Positions 10,174-19,485 of a stretch of DNA of 64,000 nucleotides are shown here, one piece after another. The position numbers and the translations under genes were made by a program. This DNA is from Candidatus Nomurabacteria bacterium GW2011_GWD2_36_14 (GTDB lineage Bacteria; Patescibacteriota; Minisyncoccia; Phycocordibacterales; UBA9973), in contig LBRL01000002.1 in assembly GCA_000991405.1 (NCBI GenBank), positions 7,583-71,582 on the forward strand. Direction: 5' to 3'. Each line of letters starts with the position of its first letter. Positions within the stretch are counted from its first letter, which is position 1. The notes under the pieces are model-generated. The model was not told the DNA's origin, searched no databases, and worked only from the letters and a program-made list of their open reading frames with translations.

Positions 10174-11112
10174 TTATTTCCCTTCCTTAAATTTATTAAA
10201 TTTTTCTTCTTGAGCCTTTTTAAATGCATCAAATTCAGATTCTTTTGCTTTTTTAAAATCTTCAAAAGTAGTATGATAATCTGATTTTTCTATAACTGGA
10301 GTATGCTCTTGTTGTTTCTCTGGTTGATTACTAACAGGAGAAGACTTAGATGATTCAGGTACTTCCTGTTTTTTGTCTAAAATATTTGAAAGAGAAGAAT
10401 TTGATTCATTATTATCTACACCATTAACAATATTTTCTAATTGAGAAGTATAAGCTATCTGTATTTTTTCTAAAAGATTGACGGCTTCTTCACCCTCAAT
10501 AATTCCACTTTTCCCACTTTTCATATCAACTACAACAATTCTTTTATTTTTTAAATCAAAAGAAGAAATCTTAACATCTGTTTCCATTGGAGTCCCTGAA
10601 GTAACCTGACCCCACTGAGCATTATCTTCCATACTGCTAAAAGCATATATAGCATTACGAATTAAACCTTTTTTATTTTCTTCATCTTGATTATTAATTA
10701 TAAATCGATCAACAGAACCATCTTGATCATAATCACAGAATACATTAGAACCATCCTTGTTCATTAGTATAAACCAATCACCATTATTTGCAGATGTAAC
10801 TTCTGTTCCCTTAGTAAGTTTAAAACTTCTAATTTCTTGACCTCCCAAAGTATGTGTTGAACCTTTACATTTTTCTTCTAAAACAACATTTATTTTTTTA
10901 ATTGATTCTTGGGCCAGTTCAATTTTATTCTTTAAGTTAACTGGATCTTTTTCATTTAAGCTTGAAGCGGAAGCTTCATTATTCAATGGAATAGAAAACA
11001 AAGATATAAGGGTAGCAATTTTAGTGGTGTCACTAATAACCTTTAGGGCTTTATCTTTTAAACTAATTCCTTCACTTTTCTTCTCTACTTTATTTTGAAA
11101 TTTTTCAAACAT
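10174..11112 (-). CDS. hypothetical exported protein with C-terminal F-x-x-F-K-K-A-Q repeats
   Basis: The C-terminus reads TFEDFKKAKESEFDAFKKAQEEKFNKFKEGK, and the same repeat occurs in the neighbouring gene. Confidence 0.5.
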   Translation of the reverse strand: MFEKFQNKVEKKSEGISLKDKALKVISDTTKIATLISLFSIPLNNEASASSLNEKDPVNLKNKIELAQESIKKINVVLEEKCKGSTHTLGGQEIRSFKLTKGTEVTSANNGDWFILMNKDGSNVFCDYDQDGSVDRFIINNQDEENKKGLIRNAIYAFSSMEDNAQWGQVTSGTPMETDVKISSFDLKNKRIVVVDMKSGKSGIIEGEEAVNLLEKIQIAYTSQLENIVNGVDNNESNSSLSNILDKKQEVPESSKSSPVSNQPEKQQEHTPVIEKSDYHTTFEDFKKAKESEFDAFKKAQEEKFNKFKEGK

Positions 11113-11250
11113 ATAATTTATTAGATTAATTATTAACTACTATATATATAGTATATCACAACAATTTGTATATATACCAATTAGCATCAAATATAGAAAA
11201 AGCCATAGAATAGCATGGCTAATTCTACGGCTTCTATAAATATTTTTAGT

Positions 11251-11835
11251 CTATGGTAAGACTATTTCTTTATCAAAAGAACCATCCTTCATTGTAATAA
11301 TTCTTTCAACAGATTCTTTTGTAAAAACATAGGAAGTTTTGTCAATTATTTTTTTTATTTGTCTTTCTTCTTTGACAAATTTTGCTGAATCAGGATGTTC
11401 TGTATCTATGGTATAAACATTTCCATAATCTACAGAGGCCACCTCAATATCAGCATTTCTAATAAAGACAAAACCTTCTTCATTTTCAAGCAAATTTGAA
11501 CCGTCAACTCCACTGACATTTTGTGTACCCTTCAATGAAGGACACTCTACTTGAATGTTAGAGCCTCCATTTGGATGTTCGCCCAATACTGTTATTTTAT
11601 AACCCAACTTTTCAGCAATTGCTTGAATTTTGGGAGAAATAACACCTGTAAACTCATTAAATTCTTTTTCCTGAGCCTTTTTAAAAGTCTCAAATTCGGC
11701 ATTTTTTTGATTCTTAAAGGAATCAAATTTAGCCTGTTGGGCTTTCTTAAAAGCTTCAAAATTAGAACTCTGGGCTACTACGGAATTTCCAACCGCAAGA
11801 AAGAAAAAGGTTAAAAAAATAAATAAAGTTTTCAT
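11251..11835 (-). CDS. secreted hypothetical protein with N-terminal F-x-x-F-K-K-A-Q repeats
   Basis: Signal peptide followed by NFEAFKKAQQAKFDSFKNQKNAEFETFKKAQEKEFNEF. Confidence 0.5.
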   Translation of the reverse strand: MKTLFIFLTFFFLAVGNSVVAQSSNFEAFKKAQQAKFDSFKNQKNAEFETFKKAQEKEFNEFTGVISPKIQAIAEKLGYKITVLGEHPNGGSNIQVECPSLKGTQNVSGVDGSNLLENEEGFVFIRNADIEVASVDYGNVYTIDTEHPDSAKFVKEERQIKKIIDKTSYVFTKESVERIITMKDGSFDKEIVLP

Positions 11836-11986
11836 TTGTTTTGGTTTTAAATTTAGAAATTGAAATTATTAACTCTTCCAAAAATCCATAAAGATTCTTA
11901 GAAGAGCCAACAAAATCAACTAATTAAAACCAAAAATGTTAAAGAACTTAAATACTCGTGTATTTTAGCATATATAAGTCATTTTG

Positions 11987-13816
11987 TCAATGTGATACAA
12001 ACATGCTTGATAATGTAGCCTCCCCTAGGATATGAAGCTCTGTAATGGCTCGAGTGAGGGCCACATAGAGTAGATCCCTTTGCATTCTTTCTCTTTCTTC
12101 TATATGGATAGGAAGGACGTCTTCGTGATGAGTCACTTCAAATGACTTCTTGTTTACTCCAACGATAAACACAATATCGAACTCCACACCTTGGGATTCG
12201 ATCATTGAAAGTACATGAATATTCTTATGAGAGGCAAACTCTTGTTTGAAATGATGCAAATGAGATTCCTCTTTAGAAATAATTCCTATGCTTCCTTTCT
12301 CATAAGGAGCGATATGTTTCCTTATATGCTCTATCTCCTCTTCGCTTGAAGTCACTATCTTCTCTACTACTTCTTCTCCAACCTTTGCTCCATCGGGAAT
12401 TTCTGTTTTGTACCCTAAACCTTGTATGAAGGACAGAATGTTCTTTGTATTTCGATAAACCTTACTGAGTCTGATATTCCTTTCAGGCTTTATAACCTCA
12501 CCTATCTCTTCCCAATTCTTTATAGTTCCAAGCTTTACCTGCTGAGCCATATCCCCTACGTACACGACGGACTTGGTATCTTCGTTCAAACAATTGTTGA
12601 AGATTTGCAACTGTTCTCTGAGATAATTCTGAAACTCATCGACAATCATGAGTGAATACTCTACCTTGTTCTTTTCTACTTTACGGACAAGTTGATCTTT
12701 CACAAAGGTCTGATACTCTCTCTTTGTTTCAAATTTATTATATCTTTCAAAGTATGACTTGAGTAAGATACTGAGGTCAAATCTATCCAATTTTTTATCC
12801 TTCTTCTGATTGTCAAATAGTCTTAGATTCTCTTTAGAGAAAGCATCGCCATATTGTGAAGACAAAACTTTATAAATATTTGCATTCCATTTTGTAATAG
12901 GCTTCTCCCTCAGAGATCTTAACTTCTGATATTCATACAAGTCTTTCTCCTCTTCGCTCTGGCCATATCTTTCGACATATGAGTATCCTGACAAGTTCAG
13001 GGAGAATATAGCCCACTCGCCAAAGGTTGTAATGTGGACATCGTTGATACCAAGCCCTGGTAGTAGAGTCGAGAAGTATTCCTTGGTTCCTAAGTCTTGT
13101 ACAAATACAATGATAGAACGTGGTGGATAAAATTCCGCCGTATCAGGAGCTTGCGTCAAGTACGCCACACGATGAAGAGCCAAAGTCGTCTTGCCTGAAC
13201 CAGCCGGTCCTGATATAGCCAGAGGCCCTACGTGTTCTGCACGAATAACTTGGTCTTGAGCCTTTTCCATCTGGGCAATGATTTCTGGAAGGGCAAATTC
13301 ACTTTTCTGTCTGGTAAAGTGTTCTTGGTAGATAAGTTCCCTTGGCTTACCCTTTACTTCAAGGGCAAAGAATATGACATTGCCATCGACTATCATGTAT
13401 TGCTCCTTTTGTCTGACTGTTATATTCCTCGTTGTTCCATCGGGAAGTCTGTACGATACTTTCCCCAAATTCTCAAATCTTATAGACGCCACAGGTGCTA
13501 CCCATGAGTATATGGATTCTTCAGAGAATTGATGCTTGGCAAAAAAGTATTCTTTGTCTACACCATCTTCGTCTGTTATGTAGCATTTCATAAAGTAAGG
13601 AGAGCTCTCTAGATTCTTAAGCTCAACTACCCTATTCTCTGCATTGGCCTTGAGTTGCATTTGTACGATCTGATCCTCGGGTCGCATCCTTGCAATTTCT
13701 TTCACACTTTTGCTGGCCAAGATTTGTGTCTTCTCCAAACTAACTAGAATCCTCTGACGAATAAAATCAATGTGAGACTTAAGGCTATTTAACAATTTTT
13801 CTTTATATTTTTCCAT
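11987..13816 (-). CDS. UvrD-like helicase, HelD/helicase IV-like
   Basis: A roughly 200-aa N-terminal domain precedes Walker A ISGPAGSGKTTLALHRVAYL. A 1B/2B-like insertion and a C-terminal RecA-like domain (VALTRAITELHI) follow. Confidence 0.7.
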   Translation of the reverse strand: MEKYKEKLLNSLKSHIDFIRQRILVSLEKTQILASKSVKEIARMRPEDQIVQMQLKANAENRVVELKNLESSPYFMKCYITDEDGVDKEYFFAKHQFSEESIYSWVAPVASIRFENLGKVSYRLPDGTTRNITVRQKEQYMIVDGNVIFFALEVKGKPRELIYQEHFTRQKSEFALPEIIAQMEKAQDQVIRAEHVGPLAISGPAGSGKTTLALHRVAYLTQAPDTAEFYPPRSIIVFVQDLGTKEYFSTLLPGLGINDVHITTFGEWAIFSLNLSGYSYVERYGQSEEEKDLYEYQKLRSLREKPITKWNANIYKVLSSQYGDAFSKENLRLFDNQKKDKKLDRFDLSILLKSYFERYNKFETKREYQTFVKDQLVRKVEKNKVEYSLMIVDEFQNYLREQLQIFNNCLNEDTKSVVYVGDMAQQVKLGTIKNWEEIGEVIKPERNIRLSKVYRNTKNILSFIQGLGYKTEIPDGAKVGEEVVEKIVTSSEEEIEHIRKHIAPYEKGSIGIISKEESHLHHFKQEFASHKNIHVLSMIESQGVEFDIVFIVGVNKKSFEVTHHEDVLPIHIEERERMQRDLLYVALTRAITELHILGEATLSSMFVSH

Positions 13817-13825
13817 AATTTTGTA

Positions 13826-13852
13826 TTAAAAAAACCGCTTCGGGCGGTTTAC
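13826..13852. terminator. bidirectional terminator
   Basis: aaaaaaccgc-ttcg-ggcggttt stem-loop with a UUCG loop. Confidence 0.55.
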
Positions 13853-14021
13853 ATAATGCACTTTGGACCAATTTTACTTGAATAATAATTTAACCTAAAC
13901 ATAATGATGATAATAGCAAAAGTCCACAATTCTGACAAGTGCATAACTTCCACACCCATATTTTTATAGTTTTCAACGCAATATTATTGCAATAAAAATA
14001 TAGGTTTGGGAGATAACTTTC

Positions 14022-14789
14022 CTATCTATTTACTGGTAGCTTTATGAAGAATACAGAGCCTTGGCCTCTGCCCTTGGACTTGGCATATATACTTCCACCA
14101 TGACGCTTCACTATCTGCCTTGAGAGGTAGAGCTTGAGTCCCATTCCATCTGGATATGAAAGTCTGGCCTTCTTACTACGGAAGAACCTTCCAAATATCT
14201 TCATCTTGTCGTAGAAGCTAAGTCCTATGCCTGTATCTGCCACGTAGAAGAGTAAAGTGTGGTTAGGCTTTAAAATGCAGTCGATCAATATTGATCCACC
14301 TGCGGGGGTATAAAGTATGGCATTCTCGATGATAGTATCGACCACAAAACTAATCTTACTGAGGTCTAGGACCAAAAGTGGAATCTCTTGGAATGAAGAA
14401 ATTTTAAATACAATATTCTTCTTAACTATATCCTCTCTGTATCTTTCTATGGATTTCTCGACAATATCTCTGAAGGAAGCCTTCGTTAGAAGGTATCCAT
14501 CGGCACGTTTTATATCCTTAATCCCTACGATTAGGTCCACGATTGCCAGAAGCTTATTGGTAGCGTTGTTCAAATTCTGAATATTGGAAACCCTCTCCTC
14601 GCGAGAGAGATCTATCTTTTCTAGCTCTTTGCTGATCCAGCTTATCTTGGTTAGAGGAGTGCGAAAGGTATGATTGATAATGGAAGTGAATTCGTATTCA
14701 GTCTCCCTATTCTTCAAATAGAATTTGATAAAATTATATAAAATATAGAGTACCGCTATTAGAGCTAAGATGGGCCAAATGTTTATCAT
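14022..14789 (-). CDS. small sensor histidine kinase (single TM, HisKA plus HATPase)
   Basis: H-box HTFRTPL, a G-box DTGIGLS and a C-terminal GGSIYAKSKGRGQGSVFFIKLP region. Confidence 0.8.
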   Translation of the reverse strand: MINIWPILALIAVLYILYNFIKFYLKNRETEYEFTSIINHTFRTPLTKISWISKELEKIDLSREERVSNIQNLNNATNKLLAIVDLIVGIKDIKRADGYLLTKASFRDIVEKSIERYREDIVKKNIVFKISSFQEIPLLVLDLSKISFVVDTIIENAILYTPAGGSILIDCILKPNHTLLFYVADTGIGLSFYDKMKIFGRFFRSKKARLSYPDGMGLKLYLSRQIVKRHGGSIYAKSKGRGQGSVFFIKLPVNR

Positions 14790-14964
14790 GGGTTTATTAT
14801 ACCAAAATATACATATGTCTAAAAGTACTTGATTTAACTCAAATATAGTAATAAAATAAAATTACGAAATATCTCCTTTTACAAGCATCTATAAATGCTT
14901 GCATTACTTGTCGCAGTAATGCAAGTACGTAAAATATTAACAATTATTAAATAATAAAATTAAA

Positions 14965-15342
14965 ATGAAAACAACAAAAATTATTTTCTGGGTATCAACA
15001 GCTATCATATTCCTAGGCGAAGGAGTAGTACCCGCACTTACATCTAATTCAGAAATGTCTATACAAGGTATTGTGGGCTTGGGTTACCCTGTATACTTTG
15101 TAGCATTACTAACTGTATTTAAAGTTCTCGGGGCTATAGTATTGATAGTTCCCCAAATCCCAAATAGAGTAAAAGAATGGGCATATGCAGGATTCATGAT
15201 TGACTTCATAAGTGCCTTTGTAAGCATCTGGGTAGTAGCTGGATTCAATGCTGGTCTAGCATTACCACTAATCGCTATGGTTGTATTGATACTCTCTTAT
15301 GTGAGTTATTCTAAAATACAAGCCAGTAAACAAATTTATTAA
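14965..15342 (+). CDS. DoxX-like small membrane protein
   Basis: Four predicted TM helices and a size and topology typical of the DoxX family. Weak evidence. Confidence 0.45.
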   Translation: MKTTKIIFWVSTAIIFLGEGVVPALTSNSEMSIQGIVGLGYPVYFVALLTVFKVLGAIVLIVPQIPNRVKEWAYAGFMIDFISAFVSIWVVAGFNAGLALPLIAMVVLILSYVSYSKIQASKQIY

Positions 15343-15390
15343 AAAAGAAAAAATAGTGAGAACGATTCTCGATATTTTTTAATTAAGAAT

Positions 15391-15795
15391 TTAAAAATCT
15401 TTTTTAATAATTATATTCTCTCCATCTGAATATCCTTCTATAACTTCTACATACTCATCAGTAAAATATTCAATATTATTAGATTCTATTGCTTTTTTGA
15501 ATAATTCCTTTGAATACAACTTGGGAGCATTTTCTCCACGAGATAAAGTTACATGCGGGTACTCATTCTTCAATTTTGGATTCTCTACGAGTAAGTCGTC
15601 TCCAAATTCATCATAAGCTCTCCCAATAATTTTTATTTTCTGCTCTTTTCCAACTTCTATTTCATCTAAGCTTTCTGGCTTAAATTCAATCGTCGAATGA
15701 TGCCCAAAAACCATCGCGTGTTTAGGAGGAAATCTTTTTAATAAATCAGTTGGATCTTTTACAAATAAAGCTGTGAATTTGAGTTTATTAGACAT
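15391..15795 (-). CDS. 2H phosphoesterase-like protein (two H-x-T-x motifs)
   Basis: Two motifs, HHSTIEF and HVTLSRG, are separated by about 47 aa. The start was moved to M17 to avoid a 31-nt overlap with the upstream gene. Confidence 0.4.
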   Translation of the reverse strand: MSNKLKFTALFVKDPTDLLKRFPPKHAMVFGHHSTIEFKPESLDEIEVGKEQKIKIIGRAYDEFGDDLLVENPKLKNEYPHVTLSRGENAPKLYSKELFKKAIESNNIEYFTDEYVEVIEGYSDGENIIIKKDF

Positions 15796-15812
15796 AAAAT
15801 AATTTATTAAGA

Positions 15813-16454
15813 CTAATTTTTTTGAACGATGAAGCTGATCCAACTTTTACCAAAAGGATCCATTGATTCTTTTGAATCTAATATTTTAAAATGGGATTGA
15901 ATTAATATTTCTTTGAGTTCTTTTTTTGTCCAATGCTTTCTATATCTTTTATATTCACCTGAATAATCCATTTTTACTTCATAACCTTCACTAGATTTAT
16001 CAGATTTTGTACTTTCAATAAAGGCAACACCCTCCGTATTTAGAATTTTATGAATTTTTTTTAAAACTTCAAAAACAACTAGTTTTGGGAAAAGATGAAT
16101 AAAAGCAAAGGCAAATACTCCATCAAACTTATGTTTAAAATTAGTTATTAAAAAATCCCCATTAATACAAACAGCATTGGGATTTCTTTTTTGAGTGTAA
16201 AAGAGCATTCTTGATGAAATATCAATACAAGTTAGTTTAAAACCTTTTTTAATAAAAAAATTTGTAGATGAGCCTACTCCACATCCTACATCCAAAATTT
16301 GTCCATTTTTACGGACATATTTTGACATCCAGTCTGTATTTTTTTTAGTAACAAAATAAAGAGATTCAATTCTTTTTTCATACTCAACTGCAAGAGAATC
16401 GTATGTTCGTATATGTAATTTAATTATTTCTTTAATATCTTGTTTTGTTTCCAT
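15813..16454 (-). CDS. class I SAM-dependent methyltransferase
   Basis: Motif I ILDVGCGVGSSTNFF and the post-I acidic residue (LTCIDIS). Confidence 0.7.
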   Translation of the reverse strand: METKQDIKEIIKLHIRTYDSLAVEYEKRIESLYFVTKKNTDWMSKYVRKNGQILDVGCGVGSSTNFFIKKGFKLTCIDISSRMLFYTQKRNPNAVCINGDFLITNFKHKFDGVFAFAFIHLFPKLVVFEVLKKIHKILNTEGVAFIESTKSDKSSEGYEVKMDYSGEYKRYRKHWTKKELKEILIQSHFKILDSKESMDPFGKSWISFIVQKN

Positions 16455-16519
16455 GAAATTTAGTATCCAAAAAGTTTTACGTTTTTAATAAATGATAAAT
16501 TTATCTATATAAAATAAGA

Positions 16520-16957
16520 TTAAATCCCAATCTTTTTTAAACTATTAGCAAACTTTCTTAATTTCTTTGGAATTTTAAGTTTTAAAAATTCATCCAGTGT
16601 AACCCATTTATACAAATCGTGTTCCCAACTAATAGACAACTTCCCTTTTAGGACAAAAACTCTATATACTACAGTTACCCAATACTCTCCTTTTAAATCA
16701 ACATGTGCTTCTACATCAAAAGGAATAAGATTTTTAACAGTAAAACCAGTTTCTTCTTTTATTTCTCTAATTATTGATTCTTTTGGGTCTTCTCCAAATT
16801 CTATGTCCCCTCCCGGAAGATCCCATTTGAGAGGATTGGAGGGTGCAGTTTTGGTTCGTCGCATTGTCAAAAATTTCCCATCTTTATTAAAAACAAAAGC
16901 CTTCTGAGAAAAAAACATTTTATTTGTTTTTATAATTTTCTTTTTCATAAGTTTCAT
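16520..16957 (-). CDS. NUDIX hydrolase
   Basis: Nudix box GGDIEFGEDPKESIIREIKEETG. Confidence 0.8.
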   Translation of the reverse strand: MKLMKKKIIKTNKMFFSQKAFVFNKDGKFLTMRRTKTAPSNPLKWDLPGGDIEFGEDPKESIIREIKEETGFTVKNLIPFDVEAHVDLKGEYWVTVVYRVFVLKGKLSISWEHDLYKWVTLDEFLKLKIPKKLRKFANSLKKIGI

Positions 16958-16993
16958 TATACTTTATAATCAATAATTATAATACTTAATTAA

Positions 16994-17503
16994 TTAGAGA
17001 GTATTTAAATATTCTTCTATTTCTTTATAATTTTTAAAAACCTTAATTTTATCAGGATGATCGAGCACAAACTGTTTCAGCTTGGGACCTTTTATAAAAG
17101 TCCTACGAATTATTTGATAAATAAATTTAAACTCATCCCATTTTGTAAGTTCTTTATGTCTATCAGATTTAAATGTTCTCTTTAAATGATTAAACAAGCG
17201 ACGATAAAGTGGAATATCTAAAAATATGACATAATCTGTATGTTCAACAATAATAGATTGTACCCTAGGATAAGTCCCATCAGAAACCCAAGAATCATGA
17301 TCGTTAATGAAACTTGTAACTTTTTCTTTCATATAGGCTCTAACTTTTTCTACGCCTTCTATATCGCCTGATTTTAATCTATTACCTCCAGATTCAAACC
17401 AAAATCTATCTAGCTGGAGATAAGGTATATTAAATTTATCACTTATTTTACTGGCTAAAGTGCTCTTTCCACTTCCTGGTTGACCAATAATAGAAATTTT
17501 CAT
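16994..17503 (-). CDS. P-loop NMP-kinase-like protein (FlaR/topology-modulation-type AAA kinase)
   Basis: Walker A IIGQPGSGKSTLA, followed by an IPYLQLDRFWF motif typical of FlaR-like adenylate-kinase-family proteins. Confidence 0.6.
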   Translation of the reverse strand: MKISIIGQPGSGKSTLASKISDKFNIPYLQLDRFWFESGGNRLKSGDIEGVEKVRAYMKEKVTSFINDHDSWVSDGTYPRVQSIIVEHTDYVIFLDIPLYRRLFNHLKRTFKSDRHKELTKWDEFKFIYQIIRRTFIKGPKLKQFVLDHPDKIKVFKNYKEIEEYLNTL

Positions 17504-17510
17504 AATTTTA

Positions 17511-18107
17511 TTAATTAAAAGAATAATCCTTTATTTTTTGTTTAAAGTCTGCAAATGTGGTATACACCTCCGCATTTATTCCAAACCCTTTTGCTGTTTT
17601 TATATTTTCTATATCATCATCCCAGAAAAGAATTTCATCCTTTTTAATATCTCCTAAATCTTTTACGAGTTTTTCAAAGAATTCTATATTCGTTTTCTTG
17701 TGCCCTAAATGAGCGGAAACATACATTTTGTCAAAACTATTAACAAAACCAATTTTATTAAATATATAATCAGCTCTATACTTTTCCTGATTGGTAGCCA
17801 TTACACATTTAATACCATTTTTTCTGTATTCTTGTATACAATCTATTAGTTCTTGATTTATTGATTGTTCAGATGAGAACCAATATTCTAGAAAGTTATC
17901 AACTCCATCTTTCCATCCCCATTCTTCTAGATAGGGAGTTATAACTTCTTTCAAATCAGCTTTACCAACAAGGCAGTCCTTAAACGGACCATCAAAGAAT
18001 GGATTGATTTTGTCTATATCAATTCCATATTCTTTAGAAAATCTTTCACTGAAAATATCCCCATTTATAAGGACTCCATCGGCGTCAAAAATTAAGACTT
18101 TTATCAT
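17511..18107 (-). CDS. HAD-superfamily hydrolase (subfamily IA-like phosphatase)
   Basis: Motif I LIFDADGVLI, a later K residue and a FWDDD motif IV. Confidence 0.8.
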   Translation of the reverse strand: MIKVLIFDADGVLINGDIFSERFSKEYGIDIDKINPFFDGPFKDCLVGKADLKEVITPYLEEWGWKDGVDNFLEYWFSSEQSINQELIDCIQEYRKNGIKCVMATNQEKYRADYIFNKIGFVNSFDKMYVSAHLGHKKTNIEFFEKLVKDLGDIKKDEILFWDDDIENIKTAKGFGINAEVYTTFADFKQKIKDYSFN

Positions 18108-18263
18108 GGGTTGATTATAGCAAAATCACAGAGAGACCGCGAGTACGCTTTTCGATCCTTACAGGATCAGTACACCTTTTCCATTCGTGAATACACTCAC
18201 ATGGAAAAGGTTTTCTCATCCCTCACGCAAGACAAGCAGTTGTCTTGCTACCATCCGCATAAC

Positions 18264-18293
18264 AAAAAATGCCCCATAAAAGGGCAATTTTTT
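18264..18293. terminator. bidirectional terminator just downstream of tRNA-Ser
   Basis: aaaaaa-tgcccc-ataaaa-ggggca-tttttt stem-loop. It is flanked by a 10-nt inverted copy of the tRNA 3' end (accatccgca at 18250-18259 and tgcggatggt at 18299-18308). Confidence 0.6.
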
Positions 18294-18300
18294 GAACGTG

Positions 18301-18387
18301 CGGATGGTGAGGGATTCGAACCCTCGATGCTCTTTCAAACATACAGTCTTTCCAGGACTGCGCACTAGACCACTATGCGAACCATCC
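18301..18387 (-). tRNA. tRNA-Ser (anticodon GGA), class II with long variable arm
   Basis: Manual fold of the minus strand gives a 7-bp acceptor GGATGGT/ACCATCC, a 3-bp D-stem and an anticodon stem CAGTC/GACTG with loop CTGGAAA (anticodon GGA). A 17-nt variable arm precedes the T-arm GAGGG-TTCGAAT-CCCTC. The discriminator is G and CCA is not encoded. Confidence 0.75.
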
Positions 18388-18546
18388 CTAACCAGAGCCG
18401 AAGCTCTGGTCGAGTATCATAAGTTTCCGAAGAAACCTACTTTACTATGAGTATGGACAATATAAAAATATCCATACTTTGAAAAGAACATCCGTGACTA
18501 TAATACTAAATATTCAGCTTTTTACCAAGCAAATTTAACCAAACAC

Positions 18547-18573
18547 TACCCCACAGGCCTTGCCTGTGGGGTA
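18547..18573. repeat. REP-like 27-nt palindrome TACCCCACAGGCCTTGCCTGTGGGGTA (orphan copy)
   Basis: Identical to the palindromes that flank the RAYT gene at 42391 and 43098. Confidence 0.7.
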
Positions 18574-18590
18574 GATTTTAATATATAATT

Positions 18591-19481
18591 TTATAGACTC
18601 CCTCTTAGTCTTTTAATACGCTCTTCTACGGGAGGATGGGTGGAGAACAGAGAACCGACTGATTTACGGAATTTGCCTGAACCAAGAGGATTGGCTATAT
18701 AAAGGTGTGCTATTGCTCCAGATTGGCTCTGCATAGGTCTACCGTATTGACTAATCTTCTCTAGAGCCGAAGCTAGGCCCTCTGGATAGCGTGTGAGGAG
18801 TGCCCCTGACGCATCGGCCAAGTATTCCCTCTTGCGAGAGATTCCCAGCTGTATGAGAGTCGCAGCGATAGGAGCCAAAATAGCCACAACTATACCTATA
18901 ATCATTAATAAGCCACTACCCCGATCATTGTCACGATGTCCTCCAAAAATAGACATACGCATCATCATATCCGAGACTATTGCTACGAAGCCGACGAGAA
19001 CAACAGCCACTGTTGATACAAGCATATCCTTGTTCCCTATATGACTCATTTCATGAGCGACTACTCCTTCAAGCTCAGATTTATTCATAATGGAAAGTAA
19101 CCCTGTAGTAACTGCCACTACTGCGTGATTCTTATTTCTTCCTGTAGCAAAAGCATTGGGGGAAGGATCTTCTATAACATAAATTTTAGGCATTGGAAGT
19201 CCAGCTGTGATAGCTAAATTTTCAACGATTGTATAAAAGTCAAAATACTGTTCACGAGTAGCAGGGTGAGCCTTGGCTAAAGAGAGTGCGATTTTGTCAG
19301 AAAACCAGTAACTTGTAATATTCATAATTAGAGAAAAGGCAACAAAGAAATAAAGTATATTGGGATTACCATAAACCCGAGCGAAAACATACCCTAGCCC
19401 TATAACTATGACCAAGAAGGCGCTCATAAGTGCCCAAGTTTTCCAGACATTATTCGATTGTTCGGTATAAAGTGTCGCCAT
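18591..19481 (-). CDS. htpX: zinc metalloprotease HtpX (M48 family)
   Basis: HEMSHI zinc-binding motif, four TM segments and a C-terminal LFSTHPPVEERI. Confidence 0.85.
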   Translation of the reverse strand: MATLYTEQSNNVWKTWALMSAFLVIVIGLGYVFARVYGNPNILYFFVAFSLIMNITSYWFSDKIALSLAKAHPATREQYFDFYTIVENLAITAGLPMPKIYVIEDPSPNAFATGRNKNHAVVAVTTGLLSIMNKSELEGVVAHEMSHIGNKDMLVSTVAVVLVGFVAIVSDMMMRMSIFGGHRDNDRGSGLLMIIGIVVAILAPIAATLIQLGISRKREYLADASGALLTRYPEGLASALEKISQYGRPMQSQSGAIAHLYIANPLGSGKFRKSVGSLFSTHPPVEERIKRLRGSL

Positions 19482-19485
19482 ATAT

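Noticed and set aside
18111-18368. 85-aa plus-strand ORF
   Set aside because: Overlaps tRNA-Ser and its terminator on the opposite strand. The region is better explained as structured non-coding RNA or DNA.
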